30,840 nucleotides of DNA from the IMG/VR virus record IMGVR_UViG_3300017777_002035, positions 1-30,840 of that record, one strand, 5' to 3'. Below the pieces are notes generated by a model, which had not been told where the DNA came from, did not search any database, and was given only the letters and a program-made list of their open reading frames with translations. Shown here one piece after another: positions 17,186 to 24,776 of the stretch (its first letter is position 1; every line of letters begins with the position of its first letter). Made by a program: the position numbers and the translations under genes. The stretch is from a virus. Lineage: Duplodnaviria > Caudoviricetes.

Positions 17186-17888
17186 TGATAAACTTCACAT
17201 TAGGACAGAAGTTTACTAGTTCTTTTAAGAATAACAAATCGTTTGCAATTGATGCATAGCTGCCATCACAATATTTATCTCCAAGAAAAGTCACATGCTT
17301 GTCTGGATTAAATACAAGCATACTTATAATAAATTCACTTGGTGCTGCATATACAAATGGACTATAAAAAATATCAATCCAATCCTGAATTTCAGTTTGA
17401 TTGGATATATCTAGATCATGATCATTGATAATATCATTTGTTAGTACGGTATCATTGGTATATATGATAGGGCGGCCAATTGCTTGATTGTTTTTTGCAA
17501 TATCAATCAGATGTTTGTATGATTCCGCAGAAGACATATTCTTACCATCGGTTCGAATATGAATAGCTGGTGGTAGGTTTGACTTTTGTGTAAACTTCTT
17601 TGGCTTAAACCAACGGAACACCATCTCGCGATTACGCATAATTTTAGTGGCTGCGCCCACAACACTATACTGCGTCTTTTGCGTAGAGTCTATTTCAATA
17701 ACTCTACATGTATAATCAAACACATTATCTAGTTTATTTGGCGCATAAAGTGGTAATTTTCCCGTATTGACGCAGACAATGGGTTCCTCATTATCAGCAA
17801 GAGATGATAGTGCAACGGCTAATTGCAATATCTGTACACCCATTTGTCCACGAACATGAACTCTTACTGTTTCCATTTCCATTTTCAT
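17178..17888 (-). CDS. GT11 (alpha-1,2-fucosyltransferase)-like protein, divergent
   Basis: GQMGVQILQ (cf. GGLGNQMFQ), AIHIR (cf. HVRRGD), IYTND (cf. FSDD) and PSEF (cf. NSTF). Confidence 0.6.
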   Translation of the reverse strand: MKMEMETVRVHVRGQMGVQILQLAVALSSLADNEEPIVCVNTGKLPLYAPNKLDNVFDYTCRVIEIDSTQKTQYSVVGAATKIMRNREMVFRWFKPKKFTQKSNLPPAIHIRTDGKNMSSAESYKHLIDIAKNNQAIGRPIIYTNDTVLTNDIINDHDLDISNQTEIQDWIDIFYSPFVYAAPSEFIISMLVFNPDKHVTFLGDKYCDGSYASIANDLLFLKELVNFCPNVKFIND

Positions 17889-17931
17889 TATTGATTCTTC
17901 ATATTACATTCGATAATCATTTCAGATTTTA

Positions 17932-18534
17932 TTAAAACTTTGGATTGATGTCTCGATAAAAATTATGGCGAATAAAATCATCGTATGTTACAAAATGTAT
18001 ATTACTTACTGCTTTATGCATAGGCGCAATTTTCGGATAACATAAAACGAAATCTATCGTAGGATTATTAACAGCAAGCCAATTAAGATATCGGGCCCGC
18101 CCCGCATTATCATCATATCGGGCGCGAACGTTCATGCCATAATTTTGAGTACCATCATATATATTACTAATTGATTGCTTCACATCGAGCAACATAAAAT
18201 CAAATCCGAGTCCGATAATCATATTCGCATTCATTTTAATCGCTTCTCGCATCGCATTGATTCCTGCATTGCTACGAGGACGATATGGATTGCATGCTGC
18301 CGGTTCCCAACATTCGTCATGGGGCGGAACGATAAATCGATCTAGTGGAAACTCACTAGTTTCAATTTCCCGGATCATACCAGGATCAATTGCAACAAGA
18401 TAGTTTGGAATAGTATATCTTGGCGCATATTCTCTATAAAGAGCATTGCATCCAAATATTATACCGTGCCCATCAAGACTTTCTAAACTGAATTGCGATC
18501 TTGAAGTGCCATTTGCAATAATATATGCGCGCAT
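17932..18534 (-). CDS. MptE/sialyltransferase-like Rossmannoid transferase
   Basis: AYIIANGTSR, GCNALYR, LVAID, SNAG..A and LGFDF motifs. Confidence 0.6.
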   Translation of the reverse strand: MRAYIIANGTSRSQFSLESLDGHGIIFGCNALYREYAPRYTIPNYLVAIDPGMIREIETSEFPLDRFIVPPHDECWEPAACNPYRPRSNAGINAMREAIKMNANMIIGLGFDFMLLDVKQSISNIYDGTQNYGMNVRARYDDNAGRARYLNWLAVNNPTIDFVLCYPKIAPMHKAVSNIHFVTYDDFIRHNFYRDINPKF

Positions 18535-18951
18535 CTACCAGTTCTTTGCTAGATTTGGAAATGCAATCTTTACTGCCTTCATATCAAGGGTAAGAGAGTG
18601 ATTTTTAATACGAAGCATCAGCTTGGCATCATTTAGATCAATCGACTCTAGCAACTGAATGAATATTTGTTCACGCCGAATATTAGTTAATGCCCGTCCA
18701 TCTGGACTATCGACAAAATAGATTAATCGCCGGGTCTCATTATATAGACGACCTTCTTGATCTGCTGATTCTGGCATAGGACGATATGGAGGATCACTCG
18801 ATGGAAGCAACCATTTCACATTGGGATCCATTGCATATCCAATACAATCCTTAAGCGCCTTGCTACTATTATTCATAAGAATCTTAGCCTGTGCTTCAGG
18901 TGTCTTTTGCGCTTCGGCAGATTCAATAATCTGTGATAAACTCTTAATCAT
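18535..18951 (-). CDS. Conserved T4-like hypothetical protein
   Basis: DPNVKWLLP...PPY, RREQIFIQLLE and AFP motifs; usual neighbour of rnh in T4-like phages. Confidence 0.7.
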   Translation of the reverse strand: MIKSLSQIIESAEAQKTPEAQAKILMNNSSKALKDCIGYAMDPNVKWLLPSSDPPYRPMPESADQEGRLYNETRRLIYFVDSPDGRALTNIRREQIFIQLLESIDLNDAKLMLRIKNHSLTLDMKAVKIAFPNLAKNW

Positions 18952-18968
18952 TTTATGTCCAATCTTTA

Positions 18969-19838
18969 TTAGAAGTCGCTTAATCTCTCAGTGAGTGTAC
19001 TTAGTTTATTATTCATAAAGTAGGGCAGAATACTGCTCCGCTGCTTCGGTATAAAAGAATCATAAGCGACCATGATTTCATTTTGAATATGTGTGGGTAT
19101 CATATTCAGATTAATTAGTAGTTCATTACGCTTATACCCATACAACATCTTCTCATTACAGAAACTCTCCGGAGTTTGTTGCGACCAAACTTCGAGGTCT
19201 GCGCGCCGCAAATTCTTCTGCCTCTTACTCGTAACAAATGTATCATCATCTGATAAGAAGTTGGGAATACCGTCACCACGATCACCAGACATAATGTGTT
19301 CACGAAGGAATCGTTCTGGATTATCTACAATAATATATTTCTTTTGCATAGGTGAGTACTGATAGACATTCGAATACTTCTGAAGTTGAGAAAAGTCTTT
19401 ATCTCCGGAGAGAATAAGAATCTTCTCACCACCATTCTTCATAGTCTCACCGTATCGATGGCACATCGCACCGATAATATCGTCGGCTTCTGCACCATCG
19501 ATCTGCACGATCTTATATGGCATATGTTCTTCTAGTTCGTTGCGAATTTTACTCATTGCATCGAATATAGAAGTCCAGTCGTGAGCAGATTCCTCACGAT
19601 CTTTCTTACGATGAGCTTTATAATGAGGAAATATATCGCGCCGCCAGACCCGACGAGAATCGCAACAAATAACTATCTCACCATACTCATTACCAAACTT
19701 AGACCGATAAGACCGAATGCTATTCAGCACCATATGACGAACAAGATTTTCGTCGACCTTCTTATCTAAATCCTTTGATACAGCCAACTGCATCATAAGA
19801 TTTGATATCATAACTTGTGACAAATCGAGTAAAATCAT
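18969..19838 (-). CDS. rnh: T4-type RNase H (FEN-like 5'-3' exonuclease)
   Basis: MILLDLSQV, WRRDIFPHYKAHRK, GAEADDIIG, ILSGDKDFSQL and GDRGDGIPN; start at ATG 19838. Confidence 0.95.
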   Translation of the reverse strand: MILLDLSQVMISNLMMQLAVSKDLDKKVDENLVRHMVLNSIRSYRSKFGNEYGEIVICCDSRRVWRRDIFPHYKAHRKKDREESAHDWTSIFDAMSKIRNELEEHMPYKIVQIDGAEADDIIGAMCHRYGETMKNGGEKILILSGDKDFSQLQKYSNVYQYSPMQKKYIIVDNPERFLREHIMSGDRGDGIPNFLSDDDTFVTSKRQKNLRRADLEVWSQQTPESFCNEKMLYGYKRNELLINLNMIPTHIQNEIMVAYDSFIPKQRSSILPYFMNNKLSTLTERLSDF

Positions 19839-19948
19839 ATTAATACCATTCAATTCATACACAGAGTATCATATTCTTCTGTCGTTGTAAAGAGCTATTT
19901 TATAACAGACACTCTGAAGTATATATGATGTATTTGCATTCTCTTAAA

Positions 19949-20299
19949 TCAACTATCACTCTTTTTAGATGAATTTATTATAGATTCAATCAAACTCGTG
20001 ATTGCACCATGTAGCGGGTGTCGCAGGCCCATCGTCTGGTATATAGAAGCACGAAGACATTCCATAGTAAATGCAAAATTCTTTTGAAAATCATCTGAAC
20101 TAATATCTATATTAGAATCGATCAAACTATAGATAAGCGAATCAATGTGGGTTTGTATTAAATTGTTTATAAATCTTTTTTGAAATACTTCAACGTCGGC
20201 GAACACCATGGCGGCGCCATCATCTTCTGATATCTCCGAAGGATTAATCCGGATTATATGATCTGCGGGAAACAATATAACAGTGTTCGCATTGATCAT
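19949..20299 (-). CDS. Hypothetical protein
   Basis: 116-aa ORF; N-VI-FP start and GLRHPLH motif seen in T4-like hypotheticals near rnh. Confidence 0.6.
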   Translation of the reverse strand: MINANTVILFPADHIIRINPSEISEDDGAAMVFADVEVFQKRFINNLIQTHIDSLIYSLIDSNIDISSDDFQKNFAFTMECLRASIYQTMGLRHPLHGAITSLIESIINSSKKSDS

Positions 20300-20361
20300 G
20301 TGATGTCTTGTGAAAATGCATGGCAGATGAATTCATCTACATCGAATACCCAGAAAATCAT

Positions 20362-21369
20362 TTACTTAATCAACGATCCCAACAACGCATTCCACTGTGC
20401 GCCACGAAGATCCCAGTTGTAGAAGTTGTCGAAATACATCTTCTGAAACTTCAGCTTATTTTGATTATTCTCAGTCCAGTAATCTTGAATTATCATACTA
20501 AGAATGTTGATAAACTGATTAGCGTGATCGTTGAAATTCTCAGTAAATCCATACATCGTAGCGAAGTTAGCACAAGTCTCAAACAATGCGTTGAAATTTG
20601 GACAGACTACATTACATCCAGCACTCATTGCTTCAATTACAGAGATACAGGAAGTCTCTGGCCAGATGTTTGGGTATGCGTAGATATGCGCCTTCTTAAG
20701 AGCTTCACGGACTACATCATTAGGTTGATATCCATGATACGTCATATTAGGATGCATATGAATGCGATTGAACAGATCCCTATATGGTTCATCGCGAGAA
20801 CCCCAACCATAAATATTGAATGATGAATATACATCTAGATGAATGTTAGGAATCAGTTGCGAAAGGCGCTCAAATATAGGAACTAGAAGTTCTAAACCAC
20901 GATGTGGAGTTGTATGATATATTAGACGAATAATAGAAGAATTCTTATCATTCTCATCACACTTAATTGGCTCAATTGCATTTTGCAGAACAACGCCCTC
21001 TGCAAATGGAATACCTAGACCAAGATTGTAGGTATGTTGCTGATAATTGGATACGAATACGAGTTTCTTAAATCGCTTACGGCTTTCTAGATTGGATAGA
21101 TGCTTATTTTCTGGATCATCCCATGTATCGTGTAACACTAAGATATTTGCCTTATCGGGCATGATATTCTCATCGCGAACACGAGAATGAATAATATTCA
21201 CACGAGAAAGAATCTCTGGGGTTACGCGGCGAAGAATTTGTTCAGCAATTAATTCGGTGCCGCCCCTAGCGCCAATATGTGCAAATGTACCATCTGTATT
21301 AGGGCCAATCGGTCCATTCTTAGTCATAGTCGGTGCGGTTTTTGAATCGATGATACGAATTTTTGTCAT
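20362..21369 (-). CDS. GT-B glycosyltransferase (GT4 family)
   Basis: GGTE, LIYHTTPHRGL and AYPNIWPETSCISVIEAMSAG (ExxxxxxxE motif). Confidence 0.88.
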   Translation of the reverse strand: MTKIRIIDSKTAPTMTKNGPIGPNTDGTFAHIGARGGTELIAEQILRRVTPEILSRVNIIHSRVRDENIMPDKANILVLHDTWDDPENKHLSNLESRKRFKKLVFVSNYQQHTYNLGLGIPFAEGVVLQNAIEPIKCDENDKNSSIIRLIYHTTPHRGLELLVPIFERLSQLIPNIHLDVYSSFNIYGWGSRDEPYRDLFNRIHMHPNMTYHGYQPNDVVREALKKAHIYAYPNIWPETSCISVIEAMSAGCNVVCPNFNALFETCANFATMYGFTENFNDHANQFINILSMIIQDYWTENNQNKLKFQKMYFDNFYNWDLRGAQWNALLGSLIK

Positions 21370-21377
21370 ATAATCAC

Positions 21378-21662
21378 CTATTCAGTGAGTACTTCCTTGA
21401 CGGAATCTATACGAAAGCTTCGCCAACCGTTATTATCTATATCCCACACAGTAAGTACATTTTGATTGATGCGAGATGATACCTCTTCGACATCCATCTG
21501 GTTCGGAAGATATTCCGCAAGCAAAGTTGCGCGCATATTGCGTTCCTCGCCATTGACCTTAGTAAAGCGTACATTAATAATACCAGCTTTTGCCTTTTCT
21601 GCGATACTATTCTTCTTAACAGCAAGATCATCTATGGCGATATTCACAGTTAAATCAATCAT
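21378..21662 (-). CDS. WYL_2 / SH3-like conserved phage protein
   Basis: VRFTKVNGEERNMRATL...VWDIDNNGWRSFRIDSV; AGGAG RBS supports start 21662 rather than 21794. Confidence 0.8.
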   Translation of the reverse strand: MIDLTVNIAIDDLAVKKNSIAEKAKAGIINVRFTKVNGEERNMRATLLAEYLPNQMDVEEVSSRINQNVLTVWDIDNNGWRSFRIDSVKEVLTE

Positions 21663-21699
21663 TAGTTTCTCCTGTTGATGTGCAATGTAATCATAATAG

Positions 21700-22068
21700 C
21701 TATCCCCTTCGCATCTGAGAAATTTCAACTGCAAGTTGCTTGTTATCCTCAAACACAGGAACGGCATTACTCTTATGCATCGTTGCAATGCCAAGCAGCT
21801 TACGTTTACCGGAATATACTTTAGCTTCCGATTTGAATGTAGTGCCGCTCATATCAATTAAACTTGGAATATGTGCAACTGTAGAAATCGTAGCACTGTA
21901 TCGCAACGGCAACTTCTTCTTTTGAAGAGTTTTCTTAGTGATACCAACACTTCGAAGAAACTTGATATGTTCTGCCGTCGCCTTGATCTGCGATTGTGAC
22001 TTAGACTTGGGCTTGGGCTTAGGCTTTCGTAGAGAAGATGTGGTAAAATATGCTGGCATTAATCCCAT
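21700..22068 (-). CDS. Conserved basic T4-like hypothetical protein
   Basis: Lys-rich; YSG..LLGIATMHKSNAVPVF...ISQMRR motif. Confidence 0.75.
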   Translation of the reverse strand: MGLMPAYFTTSSLRKPKPKPKSKSQSQIKATAEHIKFLRSVGITKKTLQKKKLPLRYSATISTVAHIPSLIDMSGTTFKSEAKVYSGKRKLLGIATMHKSNAVPVFEDNKQLAVEISQMRRG

Positions 22069-22143
22069 AAGATTTCCAATTGCTGGTTACTAATAGTGAT
22101 ACTATTGCGATTACAAATAAACAAACGAACTGGCCGTCTAGAA

Positions 22144-22449
22144 TTAGGCATTGTCGACCCAGTGCGGAGGCAGCGGAAGCCCGTATTTGCGGGCCTTGAT
22201 TCGCATGACCTGAATGAGCAGAATCACCCACACGAACGCACACACGCTGGCGGCCATCGCAGACCAGCGCAAGCCGAGAGACTCGAATGTCAACGAAAAG
22301 ACGACCAGTATCGCGGCAGTCAACGCGCTGCTGACCCACGCCGGCTTGTTTGGGCCGACGACGCTCGGTATCAACGCCAACGCCGATATCCACTGACCAG
22401 CAGTGATGATATAGTCGGCGTTGTCAATCAGGAACTTGCTCACTATCAC
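22144..22449 (-). CDS. Small three-helix membrane protein (possibly PQ-loop/SemiSWEET-like), GC-rich
   Basis: AGGAG RBS before GTG; three hydrophobic segments with LIPS at the end of helix 1; C/G-ending codons. Confidence 0.6.
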   Translation of the reverse strand: MIVSKFLIDNADYIITAGQWISALALIPSVVGPNKPAWVSSALTAAILVVFSLTFESLGLRWSAMAASVCAFVWVILLIQVMRIKARKYGLPLPPHWVDNA

Positions 22450-22474
22450 TTTCTCCTATGCAATTGCTGAGTAT

Positions 22475-22506
22475 ATTATACTATACTATACTATACGCAT
22501 TGTCAA
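22475..22506 (-). promoter_or_regulatory. sigma70-type promoter with (TATAG)3 tract
   Basis: TTGACA-ATGCG-TATAG-TATAG-TATAG-TATAAT; TAGTAT falls at N17. Confidence 0.6.
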
Positions 22507-22509
22507 CCA

Positions 22510-23034
22510 TTAGTTTGCCCTAGCCAGCTCTTTGAATGAACTACACTCGTATTCGTGTAATTTAACAATGCGATCATGGAGTTTGTTGTAATAGTACCAG
22601 AGCGCGCCGCAGTGACGGCGCCGACCCGGAATGTACATCGGTGGCACGTGCCTGCTCCACATTGATTTGGGCAAGAAGTAAAATCTCAAAGAGTCTTTAT
22701 GTGGATTGTATATGGTACAGCGTAGAGCACCTGCCTTGAGGTGGCCGCCTGCTGTTGTAACACCAGTTATCTCACCATGGTAGCTGTTACTGGCCCTTAT
22801 GCTGGCAGTCTTAGTTATGCTGGCAGTCTTAGAGTCTGTACCGTCCGAGAAATCAGCATGATAGCCATCGGTGACCTTGTAATGCCCCACAGCGGCCAAG
22901 CTCTCTTCGATCAATTTCGCTACGTTAAAGATATCAGGATGTTTCATGCCTAAGGCACGTAGATCCAGACTCTTGCGGAATGCAGGATGATAGATGCAAA
23001 TTACATCTCTCATTAACACTAGATTTTTTGACAC
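22510..23034 (-). CDS. Hypothetical protein, possible PD-(D/E)xK nuclease fold
   Basis: 174 aa; LIEE...DFSDGTDSKTAS resembles an E...D...(D/E)xK catalytic pattern. Confidence 0.5.
   Translation of the reverse strand: MSKNLVLMRDVICIYHPAFRKSLDLRALGMKHPDIFNVAKLIEESLAAVGHYKVTDGYHADFSDGTDSKTASITKTASIRASNSYHGEITGVTTAGGHLKAGALRCTIYNPHKDSLRFYFLPKSMWSRHVPPMYIPGRRRHCGALWYYYNKLHDRIVKLHEYECSSFKELARAN
22797..22832 (-). repeat. 18-bp perfect tandem duplication (KTASI twice)
   Basis: ttatgctggcagtcttag x2. Confidence 0.9.
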
Positions 23035-23132
23035 GGTTCACTTCTTTGTTTAACTTAATCTAAGATATAGCTTCACTGCGCGCCCAAGTTGGTTAGGCTA
23101 GCCATCTCATAATTGGCGCAGTTCATATTAAG

Positions 23133-23193
23133 AGTATAGCTTAATTATACGCTAATGTCAAGAACTAAAAAATGAGTGTTTTCAATGACTTAG
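23133..23193 (-). promoter_or_regulatory. Early sigma70-type promoter with 44-bp repeated element, copy 2
   Basis: TTGACA-N17-TATACT; 23150-23193 identical to 16144-16187. Confidence 0.8.
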
Positions 23194-23336
23194 CTACTCA
23201 GAGTCGAGCTTGCCGGGCCCGGCCTTGGAGCCAACCATGAGTGCAAATGCCACGCTTGCGGAAAGCGGCGGCTTGCTGGTTGTCAACCACTAAAGTTTAT
23301 AGATCACCCAAGAAGGTAGTATCATTAATTATAAGT

Positions 23337-23344
23337 TATAAATA
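23337..23344 (+). promoter_or_regulatory. T4-type late promoter
   Basis: Exact intergenic TATAAATA 25 nt before ATG 23370, GGAG RBS in between. Confidence 0.8.
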
Positions 23345-23369
23345 ACTATGTATAGTCTCCGGAGAAATC

Positions 23370-23648
23370 ATGGATTTTTTTAAGCTTGTTGCGGATCTTG
23401 GTTTTCCTATAGCTGCTGCTATTGCAGGTGGCTATTTTGTATTTCTTACAATGAAATTCATTCTAGCGGGCGTAATGAGTAGTATTAAGAGTCTCACCGG
23501 AATCATTAATTCACTTGATAATCGCGTCAAGATAATGAATAACGACGTAATTCGAATCGACACATTAATCTCAAATGCACTTGGCGTAAAGCCAGACTTA
23601 GATCGTATCGCCCGCGCCGATGGCAAAGATGATGCGCGAAAGGATTAA
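23370..23648 (+). CDS. Small membrane protein (TM plus coiled coil), paralogue 1
   Basis: LGFPIAAAIAGGYFVF TM segment; RVKIMNNDVIRID. Confidence 0.8.
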   Translation: MDFFKLVADLGFPIAAAIAGGYFVFLTMKFILAGVMSSIKSLTGIINSLDNRVKIMNNDVIRIDTLISNALGVKPDLDRIARADGKDDARKD

Positions 23649-23680
23649 TGATAGTCTAACTCTGATATAGGATCAATACC

Positions 23681-23911
23681 ATGGATATAGCAACATTAAT
23701 CGGTAAGTATGGATTTCCTATCGTGGCTTCATCGGGTCTAGGATATTTTGTATATTATGTTTGGATCTGGTCCACTAAAGAAATCAAACCAGTTGTTTCA
23801 GAAGCTACTTCTACTCTTATAGGTTTGATTGATAGAATTAGAATGTTGGACAATGATCTAATCAGATTGAGTCAGAAATTAAACATTATACTCCAATTCA
23901 AGAATAAATAG
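23681..23911 (+). CDS. Small membrane protein (TM plus coiled coil), paralogue 2
   Basis: YGFPIVASSGLGYFVY TM segment; RIRMLDNDLIRL; AGGA RBS. Confidence 0.8.
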   Translation: MDIATLIGKYGFPIVASSGLGYFVYYVWIWSTKEIKPVVSEATSTLIGLIDRIRMLDNDLIRLSQKLNIILQFKNK

Positions 23912-23959
23912 AACTGCCGGCACTGCGCTCTGTCATTAACTTTTATTCACGGTAGACAC

Positions 23960-24178
23960 ATGGCAAACAACTTAGATCAACTAAAAAAGATTATTGCTAA
24001 ACATTATAATGTAAAGCCCGATAGTATTACCGAGCAAACAGAACTCAATAAACTACCGGGCGACGATTATGATATCATAGAATTAATTATTGAAATTGAA
24101 GCCCAACTCCAAGTGAAGATTGCCAATGAAACTGCGACTAGTTTTGTTACTGTAGGAGATATCAATAATGCAATCTAG
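23960..24178 (+). CDS. Acyl carrier protein homologue lacking the phosphopantetheine Ser
   Basis: LKKIIA..., LPGDDYDIIELIIEIE, I..E.A..F.TVGD align with ACP (LGADSLDTVELVMALE...TTV). Confidence 0.75.
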   Translation: MANNLDQLKKIIAKHYNVKPDSITEQTELNKLPGDDYDIIELIIEIEAQLQVKIANETATSFVTVGDINNAI

Positions 24179-24344
24179 ACATATTAAAAAATATGTCTCT
24201 ATTAATAAGATAAATTACGGCATTCGTACTATAATGTTGCACTTGGCGTGGGTATGCTATCATTGGAATAATATTTGGTTATCTATTCGAATGCTGTATC
24301 TAAGTCTTCTCAGGCATACTATTGTCATATCATAATGAAATATA

Positions 24345-24776
24345 TTATTCATTTAGCTCAATTTTCTTACGAAGACTCCTGGAAGAGAAGTTGTGATCTC
24401 GTTTATTAAAATGTAGTTTTATATTACGATCTAAGCATATTTCCTTTCCAGTAAATTGATTATGCTCATACTCAACACCAAGTACGCGCACATTAATTGG
24501 TAGAATTAAAAGTAACTGTTGAAGATCCTCTTCTGTATTATATATCCATATCTCATCTACATAACGACTGCCTCGTAGTTGCATCTGCCGTTCAATAAGA
24601 CTTTGAATCGGCTTATTCTTTTCTGGACGATCGATAGATGGGTCGGATTGCAATCCGACAATTAAATAATCACATACAGATTTAGCTTCTTCTAACATGG
24701 CAACATGTCCGGCATGCAATAAATCAAATGCAGAACATGTGAATCCTATAATTGCATTACTTGGTCTTAGCAACAT
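24345..24776 (-). CDS. Cytidylyltransferase (TagD/RfaE-like)
   Basis: GFTCSAFDLLHAGH (HxGH), LIVGLQSDP, ER...YVDE and RDHNFSS; exact start uncertain. Confidence 0.9.
   Translation of the reverse strand: MLLRPSNAIIGFTCSAFDLLHAGHVAMLEEAKSVCDYLIVGLQSDPSIDRPEKNKPIQSLIERQMQLRGSRYVDEIWIYNTEEDLQQLLLILPINVRVLGVEYEHNQFTGKEICLDRNIKLHFNKRDHNFSSRSLRKKIELNE

Noticed and set aside
20320-20823. 167-aa + strand ORF
   Set aside because: Antisense to the GT4 gene, no recognisable features
22019-22470. Overlapping 124-aa ORFs on both strands
   Set aside because: By-product of the local high GC; only 22144-22449 has an RBS, promoter and coherent membrane topology
16187-23150. Segment between the 44-bp repeats as an integrated mobile element with att sites
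   Set aside because: Contains core phage genes such as rnh and no integrase or transposase; repeats are better explained as promoter modules
24168-24335. Possible 55-aa + strand ORF after the ACP-like gene
   Set aside because: No motif or supporting evidence; may simply be a convergent intergenic spacer
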